Below, piece after piece: positions 56,329 to 64,000 of a DNA stretch of 64,000 nucleotides (the stretch's first letter is position 1; each line of letters opens with the position of its first letter). Location of the stretch: assembly GCA_041611095.1 (NCBI GenBank), contig JBFINP010000007.1, positions 11,055-75,054 of the forward strand. The letters are read 5' to 3'. Made by a program: the position numbers and the translations under genes. This DNA comes from Acidimicrobiia bacterium. GTDB lineage: Bacteria > Actinomycetota > Acidimicrobiia > Spongiisociales > UBA5794. The notes beneath the pieces are model-generated. The model was given only the letters and a program-made list of their open reading frames with translations, was not told where the DNA came from and made no database searches.

Positions 56329-57081
56329 CTACTTGCCGCTGGTGTTGCCTGCCGTCGGGTTGGCTGCAGAGGTCGGTACGGCGCCGGACCCATCGAACGG
56401 CACCCAGATGACGTTCACGCTCATGTCGTACAGGAGTGCATCGTCCACGTCGCGGATGTTGAACGTGGCGGTATGGCTGCCGGCGTCGACGACGAAGGCT
56501 CCGGTGGTCGAGCAGATGTTCTCGTTCGAGTCGTCGAACGTGCTGTCGTTGCCCACGGCGGCGAACATGGTGGTGCCCGCAACCACGAGCCCGTCGACCA
56601 GCAGCTCGCAAATGACCGTATCGACCGTGTCCAAGCTCCCAAGCGTGATGTCGACGGCGCCGTTCATCACAAGCGTCCCGCGCGCGGGAGCCTCGATCGT
56701 GGCGTCGAGCGCTGCGTCGGCGACGGTGCCGGAGAGCTCATCGGAGTTGAACGCCGCTCGAGATGCGAGGTCCGCGGCGTGGAAGCCGTCGACGGTATCG
56801 GCCTCGTCGGGAACGCCGTCCTCGGCTCCGATGTACTTGGCGAATCGCCGCATGAAAGCCGCCATCTGCTGACGGGACACGTTGTCGGTGGGGCAGAACT
56901 CGTCGTTGGCCGGCGGGTTGCAGCCCACGGTGACGCCGGCGTTCTTGAGCCAGCTGATGTCGTCGTGGAACACGTTCGTGTCCGGGACGTCCGTGAAGTT
57001 GTCCTTCGCGATGACCGCCACCGGGAGCAAGACTCCGATGGCGACCAGGATGACGATGAGCAGGCGTGTCTTTCCGTGCAT
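56329..57081 (-). CDS. membrane-anchored protein with a single Cys-containing SLH-like module
   Basis: N-terminal TM RLLIVILVAIGVLLPVAVI, then FTDVPDTNVFHDDISWLKNAGVTVGCNPPANDEFCPTDNVSRQQMAAFMRRF, followed by a beta-rich C-domain. Confidence 0.5.
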   Translation of the reverse strand: MHGKTRLLIVILVAIGVLLPVAVIAKDNFTDVPDTNVFHDDISWLKNAGVTVGCNPPANDEFCPTDNVSRQQMAAFMRRFAKYIGAEDGVPDEADTVDGFHAADLASRAAFNSDELSGTVADAALDATIEAPARGTLVMNGAVDITLGSLDTVDTVICELLVDGLVVAGTTMFAAVGNDSTFDDSNENICSTTGAFVVDAGSHTATFNIRDVDDALLYDMSVNVIWVPFDGSGAVPTSAANPTAGNTSGK

Positions 57082-57369
57082 GGGGATCTCCTCCCGCTCT
57101 TGTGCGCAAAGTGCTGCACGCTGCTCGTCCAGGTCTACCAGAGCGCACGGCGGGATGACGGCGGCCGAACTACCCCTTTACGCCCTGAGCGGGTGTCGCC
57201 CGGGGATCTTTGAGCAATTGGGATCTGCCTGCGGGAGCGCCGGGCCGCAGCGTGTCTCGCAAGCGTCTGGGCTCGAACCCTTTTGCTCAGGAATAGCACA
57301 AGGTGTATCGTGGTTGGAGTAGTAATGCTCACACTGAGTAAAAGTACCCGCCAGTGACGTGCGAGGGAT

Positions 57370-58374
57370 GTGATGACGCCGACCAACCTGACCATTCGCC
57401 CGGCCGAAGTCGCTCCCGTCGAGGAGCGCCTCGCGGGGATCGTCCCCGACGTTGAGCGTGTCGTCCTCGAGCCGCTCGTCGCCGAGATCGAGCACCTCAA
57501 GAAGGAGCGCAACGCCGTCGTCCTGGCGCACAACTACATGACGCCGGACATCTTCCATGGCGTCGCCGATCTCCGCGGTGACTCGCTCCAACTGGCTCGC
57601 CTCGCCGCCGAGACCGAGGCCGATGTGATCGTCATGGCCGGCGTTCACTTCATGGCCGAGACCGCAAAGATCGTGAACCCGGACAAGACCGTTCTGATCC
57701 CCGACATGCGCGCAGGTTGCTCGCTCGCCGAGTCCATCACGGGGGCGGACATCCGCCTGCTGCGCCAGCGTTATCCCGGAGTCCCGGTGGTGACCTACGT
57801 CAACACTTCTGCGGAGGTGAAGGCGGAGTCCGACGTAACCTGCACGTCGTCCAACGCCGTGGCCGTCGTCGAGTCGCTCGACAGCGACCGTGTGATCTTC
57901 CTCCCCGACCAGTACCTGGGGAGGTGGGTCGCGTCGCAGACGGACAAGGAGATCATCCTCTGGCACGGCAGCTGCATGGTGCACGAGCGGTTCACCGCGG
58001 CGGAGCTACGCGAGTACCGGGACCTGTACCCCGGTATCCAGATCATCGCTCACCCCGAGTGCCCTCCCGATGTCCTCGACGAGGCCGACTTCGTCGGCAG
58101 CACGAGCGGGATGATCAATTGGGTCAGGGACGAGGCGCCCCGCCAGGTCGTCATGGTCACCGAGTGCTCGATGAGCGACAACGTCGCCGTGGAGTCGCCG
58201 CAAACAGAGTTCCTTCGACCGTGCAACCTGTGTCCCCACATGAAGCGCATAACGATGGAGGGCATCCGCGATGCGCTGCTGCACCTGCAGCACGAGGTCG
58301 AGGTCGATCCCGACATCGCCTCGGGCGCCAAGCGTGCGGTCGACAGGATGCTCGCAGTAGGGGCTACGAGATGA
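57370..58374 (+). CDS. nadA: quinolinate synthase
   Basis: ..[12 protein letters not shown]...VNTSAEVKA...IAHPEC..; 334 aa. Confidence 0.93.
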   Translation: MMTPTNLTIRPAEVAPVEERLAGIVPDVERVVLEPLVAEIEHLKKERNAVVLAHNYMTPDIFHGVADLRGDSLQLARLAAETEADVIVMAGVHFMAETAKIVNPDKTVLIPDMRAGCSLAESITGADIRLLRQRYPGVPVVTYVNTSAEVKAESDVTCTSSNAVAVVESLDSDRVIFLPDQYLGRWVASQTDKEIILWHGSCMVHERFTAAELREYRDLYPGIQIIAHPECPPDVLDEADFVGSTSGMINWVRDEAPRQVVMVTECSMSDNVAVESPQTEFLRPCNLCPHMKRITMEGIRDALLHLQHEVEVDPDIASGAKRAVDRMLAVGATR

Positions 58375-59918
58375 CGACGCCCCGTGCGATCGTCGTCGGC
58401 AGCGGGGTCGCCGGGTTGACTACGGCGCTGGCGCTCGGCGACTGCATCGTGATCACCAAGACGGTGCTCGGCGATGGGTCGAGCACCTGGGCGCAGGGCG
58501 GCATCGCCGCCGCAATCGGGCGCGACGACGACCCGGGCTTCCACGCCGCCGACACCGTCGCCGTCGCCGCCGGGCTCGCCGACCGCAACATCGCCGAGCT
58601 GGTGACTGCCGAGGCGCCCGACCGAATCGCATGGTTGCTCGGTCTCGGCGCTCGCTTCGATCGCAGGGCGGACGGCGATCTGGCGCTGGGCCGAGAGGCG
58701 GGTCACGGCCGTCACCGTATCGTTCATGCCAACGGTGACGCCACCGGAGCCGAGCTCATGAGAACCCTGCGTGGCGCCGTGCGGCGCCGCCACGACATCG
58801 AGGTCAGGGAACACACCGGGGTCGTCGATCTGGTGTGGCAGGCGGACCGCATCGCCGGCGTCCTGGTCCTCACTGCAGACGGTCGCCGGGACGTGCTGCT
58901 CGCCCCTGCGGTGGTGCTGGCCACGGGCGGTATCGGCAGGCTCTACGCAGCGACGACCAACCCGCCCGAGGTGACGGGAGACGGGCTCGCCATGGCCATC
59001 CGCGCCGGGGCCCGCATCGCCGACCCCGAGTTCGTGCAGTTCCACCCGACGGCATTGCGGTCGAGTCTCGACCCCATGCCGCTCCTCACCGAAGCGCTGC
59101 GCGGCGCCGGCGCCGTGCTGCGCGACGGGACCGGCCATCGCTTCATGCGGGACGAGCATGCTGATGCCGATCTGGCGCCCCGTGACATCGTCGCCCGCGC
59201 CATCTGGCGTCGGATCGAGAAGGGCGACGAGGTCTACCTCGATGCCACGGATCTGGGCGAGTCGTTCCCGCATCGCTTTCCGACCGTCTTCGAGAGCGCC
59301 ATCGATGCCGGTGTCGATCCCCGGCAGGAGTGGCTCCCCGTGTCGCCCGCAGCCCACTATCACATGGGCGGGATCGCCGTCGACGAAGCCGGCCGCACCT
59401 CGCTGCCCGGTCTCTATGCCACCGGCGAGGTCTCGGTCACAGGTCTGCACGGCGCTAACCGGCTGGCGAGCAACTCTCTCCTGGAGGGTCTGGTGTTCGG
59501 GGTCGAGGTGGCCACCGCCATCATGGGCGAGGCCTTTGCGCCGGCGCTCGATGCTCCCATCGAGGTCCCCGCAGCTGCGATGGACACCGGTCTCGAGGAG
59601 GACGCCGTCGCCATCGAATCGCTGCGCCGGCTCATGTGGCGGTTCGTTGGGCTCATGCGCACCGACGAGGGGTTGCGCCGTGCCCTGGACGGGATCACCG
59701 AGCTCGAGGCTCCCCTGGGAGCTGGCGTCGTGGGACGCAATCTCGCTGCCGTGGCCCGCGTCGTGACGGAAGCGGCGCTGCGGCGCACCGAGAGCCGCGG
59801 CGGTCATCACCGGCTCGACCATCCTCGGTCGTCGGCGAGCTGGCGGCACCACACGATCGTGGTCCCGCAGGCCGAGTCGCGGCGGCTGCTGCGTACTGCG
59901 GTGCGGGGGGCGGCGTGA
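58371..59918 (+). CDS. nadB: L-aspartate oxidase
   Basis: ATG at 58371 (ATGA overlap with nadA). [13 protein letters not shown] (FAD), [26 protein letters not shown]. Confidence 0.93.
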   Translation: MTTPRAIVVGSGVAGLTTALALGDCIVITKTVLGDGSSTWAQGGIAAAIGRDDDPGFHAADTVAVAAGLADRNIAELVTAEAPDRIAWLLGLGARFDRRADGDLALGREAGHGRHRIVHANGDATGAELMRTLRGAVRRRHDIEVREHTGVVDLVWQADRIAGVLVLTADGRRDVLLAPAVVLATGGIGRLYAATTNPPEVTGDGLAMAIRAGARIADPEFVQFHPTALRSSLDPMPLLTEALRGAGAVLRDGTGHRFMRDEHADADLAPRDIVARAIWRRIEKGDEVYLDATDLGESFPHRFPTVFESAIDAGVDPRQEWLPVSPAAHYHMGGIAVDEAGRTSLPGLYATGEVSVTGLHGANRLASNSLLEGLVFGVEVATAIMGEAFAPALDAPIEVPAAAMDTGLEEDAVAIESLRRLMWRFVGLMRTDEGLRRALDGITELEAPLGAGVVGRNLAAVARVVTEAALRRTESRGGHHRLDHPRSSASWRHHTIVVPQAESRRLLRTAVRGAA

Positions 59919-60772
59919 CCCAGCCGGCGCCGCCACCGTGGCCGGGGGTCGAGGAGCTGTTGCGCAGAGAGCTGTCAGCCGACCTCGGCAGGGCCGGCGA
60001 CATCACCTCGAATGCGACGATTCCCTTCGACCACATCTCGACAGGTGCGCTGAGTGCGCGCACTCCCGGCACGATCGCCGGCTTGGCCCAGGCGAGCCGT
60101 GCCTTCACGCTGCTCGACCCGGCAGTCGCCGTCACGTTTCACCTGGTCGACGGGACCAGCGTCGCGGGGGGAGAGTGTCTCGCCACGGTTGCCGGCCCGA
60201 CGCGCTCACTGCTTGCCGCTGAGCGCACGTGCCTCAACCTGCTGGCCCATTTGAGCGGCATCGCCACGGTCACGGCCGAGATGGTTGCGATCGTCGCCGG
60301 CACCAAGGCCCAGATCGTCGACACCCGCAAGACGTTGCCCGGCCTCCGCCCGCTTCAGAAGTACGCCGTTCGCTGTGGCGGCGGTGCCAACCATCGTCTC
60401 GGGCTCGACGACGCCGTGCTCATCAAGGACAACCACATTTCCGCCGTCGGTTCTCTGTCCTCGGCCGTCAAGGCGGCGCGTGCCGCCGTGGGTCACATGG
60501 TCAAGCTCGAGGTGGAGGTCGACACCCTCGAGCAGCTAGACGAAGCGCTCCGTGCGGGTGTGGATGCGGTGCTCCTCGACAACATGACGGTGGCGGAGCT
60601 GGCGGAGGCCGTCCAGCGGGTCGCCGGTCGTTGTGCCACCGAAGCATCGGGCGGCGTGATGCCCGACACCGTGCGGGCCATCGCGGAGACGGGTGTCGAT
60701 CTGATCTCCGTGGGCTGGCTCACCCACAGCCCCCGTCAACTCGACATCGGGTTCGATCTGGCCGGCGGCTGA
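59915..60772 (+). CDS. nadC: nicotinate-nucleotide diphosphorylase (carboxylating)
   Basis: GTG at 59915 (GTGA overlap with nadB). ..DTRKTLPGLR..QKYAVRCGGGANHRLGL.D.VLIKDNH. Confidence 0.93.
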   Translation: MTQPAPPPWPGVEELLRRELSADLGRAGDITSNATIPFDHISTGALSARTPGTIAGLAQASRAFTLLDPAVAVTFHLVDGTSVAGGECLATVAGPTRSLLAAERTCLNLLAHLSGIATVTAEMVAIVAGTKAQIVDTRKTLPGLRPLQKYAVRCGGGANHRLGLDDAVLIKDNHISAVGSLSSAVKAARAAVGHMVKLEVEVDTLEQLDEALRAGVDAVLLDNMTVAELAEAVQRVAGRCATEASGGVMPDTVRAIAETGVDLISVGWLTHSPRQLDIGFDLAGG

Positions 60773-60838
60773 GCGACACGACGGCTCAGGAACTTCGTGG
60801 CCCCGGTCGGCGTCGAACTGCGGCAGAAGGGAGGTGCC

Positions 60839-61324
60839 GTGCGGATTCACCGACGCCAGGCGGTCGGCATGGCGATCGCTGCGTTTGCGCTTGCGGCATC
60901 CGGGTGTGCGGCGACCGGTGAGCGCGCCGTTGCGGTGCGCCTGCACGGTGAGGTCTTCTCGGACCATCGCATCGACCAGCCGTGTGACGAACAGGCCGCA
61001 GCGCCGAGCCGGCCCGAGGAGCTATCGGGCATCCTTCTGGTCTTCACCGACAGCGCCGGACTCGAGATGGGGCGAGCGACCACCGGCGAGCTCGAGTGGC
61101 GCGAGTTGGCTCCGGGCTGTCGGTTCGTGGCTACGTACGCGGTCGACCTGCCCCACGCCGATCGGTACCAGGTGACGTTCGATCCGCCGGAGCCTCGTGT
61201 GGTCGGTGGCATGTCGTTCGTTGGGGCCGAGGAGCTGCACCCGGCGACGGTGTCGCTCGTCGAGCTCGAGGCGACCGGCTTCGAGTGGTCGTTCGAAGTG
61301 GCCCCTACGTACGTGGTCCCGTGA
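60839..61324 (+). CDS. hypothetical lipoprotein
   Basis: GTG at 60839 after GAAGGGAGG. Lipobox FALAASGC. Confidence 0.45.
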   Translation: MRIHRRQAVGMAIAAFALAASGCAATGERAVAVRLHGEVFSDHRIDQPCDEQAAAPSRPEELSGILLVFTDSAGLEMGRATTGELEWRELAPGCRFVATYAVDLPHADRYQVTFDPPEPRVVGGMSFVGAEELHPATVSLVELEATGFEWSFEVAPTYVVP

Positions 61325-61362
61325 CTCTCACCCGTGGTGCCCCGGCTGTGTAGCGATGTCGC

Positions 61363-62049
61363 TCAATCACCTGCGACGAAGAAGACCCAGTCACCGGTCC
61401 CGGTGATGCCCACCCGGTACCCGATGTAGCCACCGAAGTCCTTCATGGAGGCGATCTCCTCCGGGCTGTAAAGCGCAGCCACCTCCTTCCAGTCGTCCTC
61501 GGTCGCCTCGGCGCCGAACGCAGCCGGCCAGAAATAGAGCGGGACGCTCTCGTTGTCGGTCACCGCCTCGAGCGTTCCGTGCGACATCCCGAGCAGAGCG
61601 ACGAGCGTGGCCAGCACGTCGTCTCTGTTGTCCTCGGCCTCCCGCCAGAAGCCGGCCGGGTCGCCCTCGTCTCCGAAGCTGTACGTGAAGTGGCCCGCAG
61701 CCCCTCCGGCGAGCTCGGCGAGGCCTTGGTAGTCGCAGTTGAGTGCAAACCCGATGATCAGGTCGCGCGTAGCCGCCACCGGGTCCGGAACGTCGGACGG
61801 GCCGGGTTGCTCCATACCCGTTGCCGAGCACGCCGGGATGAAGACCATGGTCGTCGAGACCGCTGGCTCCGTCGTGTCCGGGGGCTGCGTGGACGGTGTC
61901 ACTGTCGTCGGTGGGGTCGTCGTCGAGGAGACGACGGTGTCGAGGGCCGGGGCCACCGACGGCTCAGCCCCACCATCCGAACCACACGCGGCCGTAGTGA
62001 CCGCAGTGACGAGCAGCATCGTGCTCCACACAGAGCGAAGGCCGAGCAT
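61363..62049 (-). CDS. hypothetical lipoprotein with a Thr/Pro-rich linker
   Basis: ATG at 62049 after GGAGAAGGAGGAA. Lipobox VTTAACGS. Linker SSTTTPPTTVTPSTQPPDTTEP. Confidence 0.45.
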   Translation of the reverse strand: MLGLRSVWSTMLLVTAVTTAACGSDGGAEPSVAPALDTVVSSTTTPPTTVTPSTQPPDTTEPAVSTTMVFIPACSATGMEQPGPSDVPDPVAATRDLIIGFALNCDYQGLAELAGGAAGHFTYSFGDEGDPAGFWREAEDNRDDVLATLVALLGMSHGTLEAVTDNESVPLYFWPAAFGAEATEDDWKEVAALYSPEEIASMKDFGGYIGYRVGITGTGDWVFFVAGD

Positions 62050-62120
62050 GCGTTCCTCCTTCTCCACCCCACTCCGACGTCCGGCACCAAGCGAAGGTTC
62101 CCGGGACGTCGGGGTTCATG

Positions 62121-62990
62121 TCAGGACCGACGACGAACGAGCTCTTGCAGCAACATGGCGTCACGCGGAGCGTACCCGTTCTCGTCGTTGTCGAAGTAGA
62201 CGTAGACGTCCCGTTGCCGGCGCCGCGGCGGCGATCGACGCGTGATGCGTACCGCATCGTCGGGTTCCCCTCCCTGGTGCCAGCACTGAATCCGACGTGC
62301 CCATTGCGCAAGCTGGGCTGGGCCATACGGGCTGGCGTACAAGCGACCGGGTCCGTGGAGGCGGAGGTACACGAAGCCGGCCGTGACCTCTTCGAAGTAG
62401 GGCCAGGCAGCTGCGTGGGAGAAGGCGAGCGCCACACCGTGCCGGCGGGCGATCGACACCATCTCGGCACACATCCAGCTGGGGTGGCGGACCTCGATGA
62501 CGTGGCGTAGGCGCCGTGTCCCACCCGGGCCTAGGGCGGCCTCTCGCACCCGTTCGTCATGCTTGCGAGCGAGGGCGGCGGCAGACCCCGCATCTCGAGG
62601 CAGCAGCCGCAGGAACGCATCGATCCGGTCGGCATCGAAGTGCAGGTGAGGTGACACCTGCCAGAGCATGGGGCCGAGCTTGTCCTCGAGCTCGAGGAGG
62701 CCCGAGGCGAGGAAGTTCGCCAGCGCCGTGTCCACGCCTGCCAGCTTCTTGTTGTGCGTGATGAACCGGCTGCCTTTGATCGCAAAGGTGAATCCCGGCG
62801 GCACCGCCGTACCCCACCGGCGAACGGTCTCCGGCGAGGTCAGGCCGTAGAAGGTTCCATTGACCTCGACGGTCGGGAAGTGGTCGGCGACGAAGGACAA
62901 CTCGTCACGCCGGCGGAGCGAATCCGGGTAGAAGTCGCCTCTCCACGCCCGGTAGTTCCAGCCGGACAGCCCGATTCTGATGCGTCCCAT
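62121..62990 (-). CDS. DUF72 (UPF0759) family protein
   Basis: MGRIRIGLSGWNYRAWRGDFYP....FPTVEVNGTFYG...FAIKGSRFITH. Confidence 0.75.
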   Translation of the reverse strand: MGRIRIGLSGWNYRAWRGDFYPDSLRRRDELSFVADHFPTVEVNGTFYGLTSPETVRRWGTAVPPGFTFAIKGSRFITHNKKLAGVDTALANFLASGLLELEDKLGPMLWQVSPHLHFDADRIDAFLRLLPRDAGSAAALARKHDERVREAALGPGGTRRLRHVIEVRHPSWMCAEMVSIARRHGVALAFSHAAAWPYFEEVTAGFVYLRLHGPGRLYASPYGPAQLAQWARRIQCWHQGGEPDDAVRITRRSPPRRRQRDVYVYFDNDENGYAPRDAMLLQELVRRRS

Positions 62991-63076
62991 GGTGTGGCGA
63001 TCGCTTCTCGATGTCGGTGCCGGCGAGCGGCGGGCGTGTGTGTGGTTACCGGTCGGGAGGTACGGGTCGTGTGCGC

Positions 63077-63610
63077 TCAGCGGGGGTGAACCGGTTCGAC
63101 CAGGCGCCCGCCGTGCGTTTCGAGGGTAGACGCGGCGACCGAAGGACGGTCGACGCCGACCACGACGAGAACCTCTCCCTCGTCGAGGCCCACATGCGTC
63201 CAGTCGCGTTCGTCCCAGAGCAGGGGACGGTGTCGGTTCACGCCGTAGTAGCCCCCCAGCACCGCACCGGCGATCGCTCCGACCGATCCGATCACCAAAA
63301 AGGCGATCACGTCCGAGACGGAGCTCCAGGCAACGATTCCGACGAGGCCCAGCACCAGGAAGCCGATGACGGCGCCAAGAGGGGCTCCCATGGACAGGCC
63401 GGAGCGGATCTCCTGTCCGGCAGGCGTGTCGATGACGTAGCCATCTCCGTTCCAGACGGCTTCGGTGATCTTCGCCCCGGCCAGATTCCGAGAGCGAAGC
63501 GCAGCGGCGGCCATGGCCGCCCGCTGCCGGTTCTCGAACACGGCGCCGACGATGGTTGCTTCCTCGTGAGCCACAGCGCGCACACCTCCATTCGGATCGC
63601 TGCCGACCAC
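63077..63610 (-). CDS. hypothetical membrane protein (Gly-zipper TM pair; general-stress/DUF1269-like)
   Basis: Central GAPLGAVIGFLVLGLVGIVAW...AFLVIGSVGAIAGAVLGGYYG. Flanking soluble segments. Confidence 0.4.
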   Translation of the reverse strand: MVGSDPNGGVRAVAHEEATIVGAVFENRQRAAMAAAALRSRNLAGAKITEAVWNGDGYVIDTPAGQEIRSGLSMGAPLGAVIGFLVLGLVGIVAWSSVSDVIAFLVIGSVGAIAGAVLGGYYGVNRHRPLLWDERDWTHVGLDEGEVLVVVGVDRPSVAASTLETHGGRLVEPVHPR

Positions 63611-63737
63611 GTACCCCGAGCGCCTCGTCTCGAAACGGCTTCAGCCCGAGGGGCGTTTGTCGATGACCGTGCGGGGGTATGCCAGTGAGGTACGCCAGTC
63701 AGCCAGTCACGACGTGTCGTCGAGAGGGGAGGATCTG

Positions 63738-64000
63738 ATGACTTCGAAGTCATGGTCGCACCGCTGGGTGCCAATCGCAGTGCTGATGGTGATGACGGCT
63801 CTCATCACTGCACCGGCGGCGGTCTGGGCGTCGCATCGCTTCTCAGACGTTCCCGACACCGACGTCTTCCACGAAGACATCGATGCCATCGCCGATGCCG
63901 GCGTGACCGTCGGCTGCAACCCACCGGAAAACACAGAGTTCTGTCCAGATGACGCAGTGACGCGCAAACAGATGGCCGCGTTCCTGAACCGTCTCGGGGC
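63738..64000 (+). CDS. paralogous SLH-like module protein, 3' end beyond the window
   Basis: ATG at 63738 after GAGAGGGGAGGA. TM/signal VPIAVLMVMTALITAPAAVWA, then FSDVPDTDVFHEDIDAIADAGVTVGCNPPENTEFCPDDAVTRKQMAAFLNRLG, about 70% identical to the module in 56329..57081. Confidence 0.55.
   Translation, partial: MTSKSWSHRWVPIAVLMVMTALITAPAAVWASHRFSDVPDTDVFHEDIDAIADAGVTVGCNPPENTEFCPDDAVTRKQMAAFLNRLG

Noticed and set aside
57269-57280. GGGCTCGAACCC, which on the minus strand reads GGGTTCGAGCCC, like a tRNA T-arm (possible tRNA or att-site remnant next to the SLH-like gene)
   Set aside because: The flanking sequence cannot form a 5-bp T stem, acceptor stem or anticodon arm. An isolated 12-mer is insufficient evidence.
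57082-57369. NAD+ riboswitch (nadA motif) upstream of nadA
   Set aside because: No tandem CAACA/ACANCCCC-type domains were recognisable, and an NrtR protein regulator is encoded nearby. This was not verifiable without a covariance-model search.
58050-59936. 628-aa ORF on the minus strand
   Set aside because: Antisense to nadB (clear FAD and catalytic motifs on the plus strand). Artefact.

Overview
This is a 64-kb, visibly very GC-rich core chromosomal segment. Its gene order is typical of Actinobacteria (Mycobacterium- or Acidimicrobiia-like). On the plus strand it runs rpmJ-rpsM-rpsK-rpsD-rpoA-rplQ, truA, rplM-rpsI-glmM, glmS, mug, acpS, nnr-alr-(P1 peptidase)-(UDG4)-tsaE-tsaB-rimI-tsaD, then groES-groEL. 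It continues with an IdeR-linked Fe3+ ABC importer, cimA, a DevS/DevR-like two-component module, trpS, guaB3-guaA, and NrtR with nadABC. I found no rRNA, tRNA, CRISPR array, transposase or integrase.

RNA and regulatory elements readable directly from the sequence:
- a glmS ribozyme upstream of glmS
- two tandem CIRCE operators upstream of groES
- a Trp-Trp leader peptide plus intrinsic terminator upstream of trpS
- a terminator-type attenuator upstream of cimA
- a DosR-box-like palindrome between the DevS-like kinase and its regulators
- a 35-bp perfect direct repeat built on a GC palindrome downstream of groEL

The best candidate for an uncharacterised system is a tight minus-strand operon of esterase, ATP-grasp ligase and esterase (2460..5620).

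Secondary oddities:
- accessory genes inserted into otherwise conserved operons
- a stand-alone CBS/USP-like protein divergent from the CBS-less GuaB3
- a TIMP/NTR-like secreted protein
- paralogous Cys-containing SLH-like modules

All family assignments come from reading motifs in the supplied translations. No database search or RNA folding was run. Many long ORFs in the track are antisense artefacts of high GC content and were rejected.
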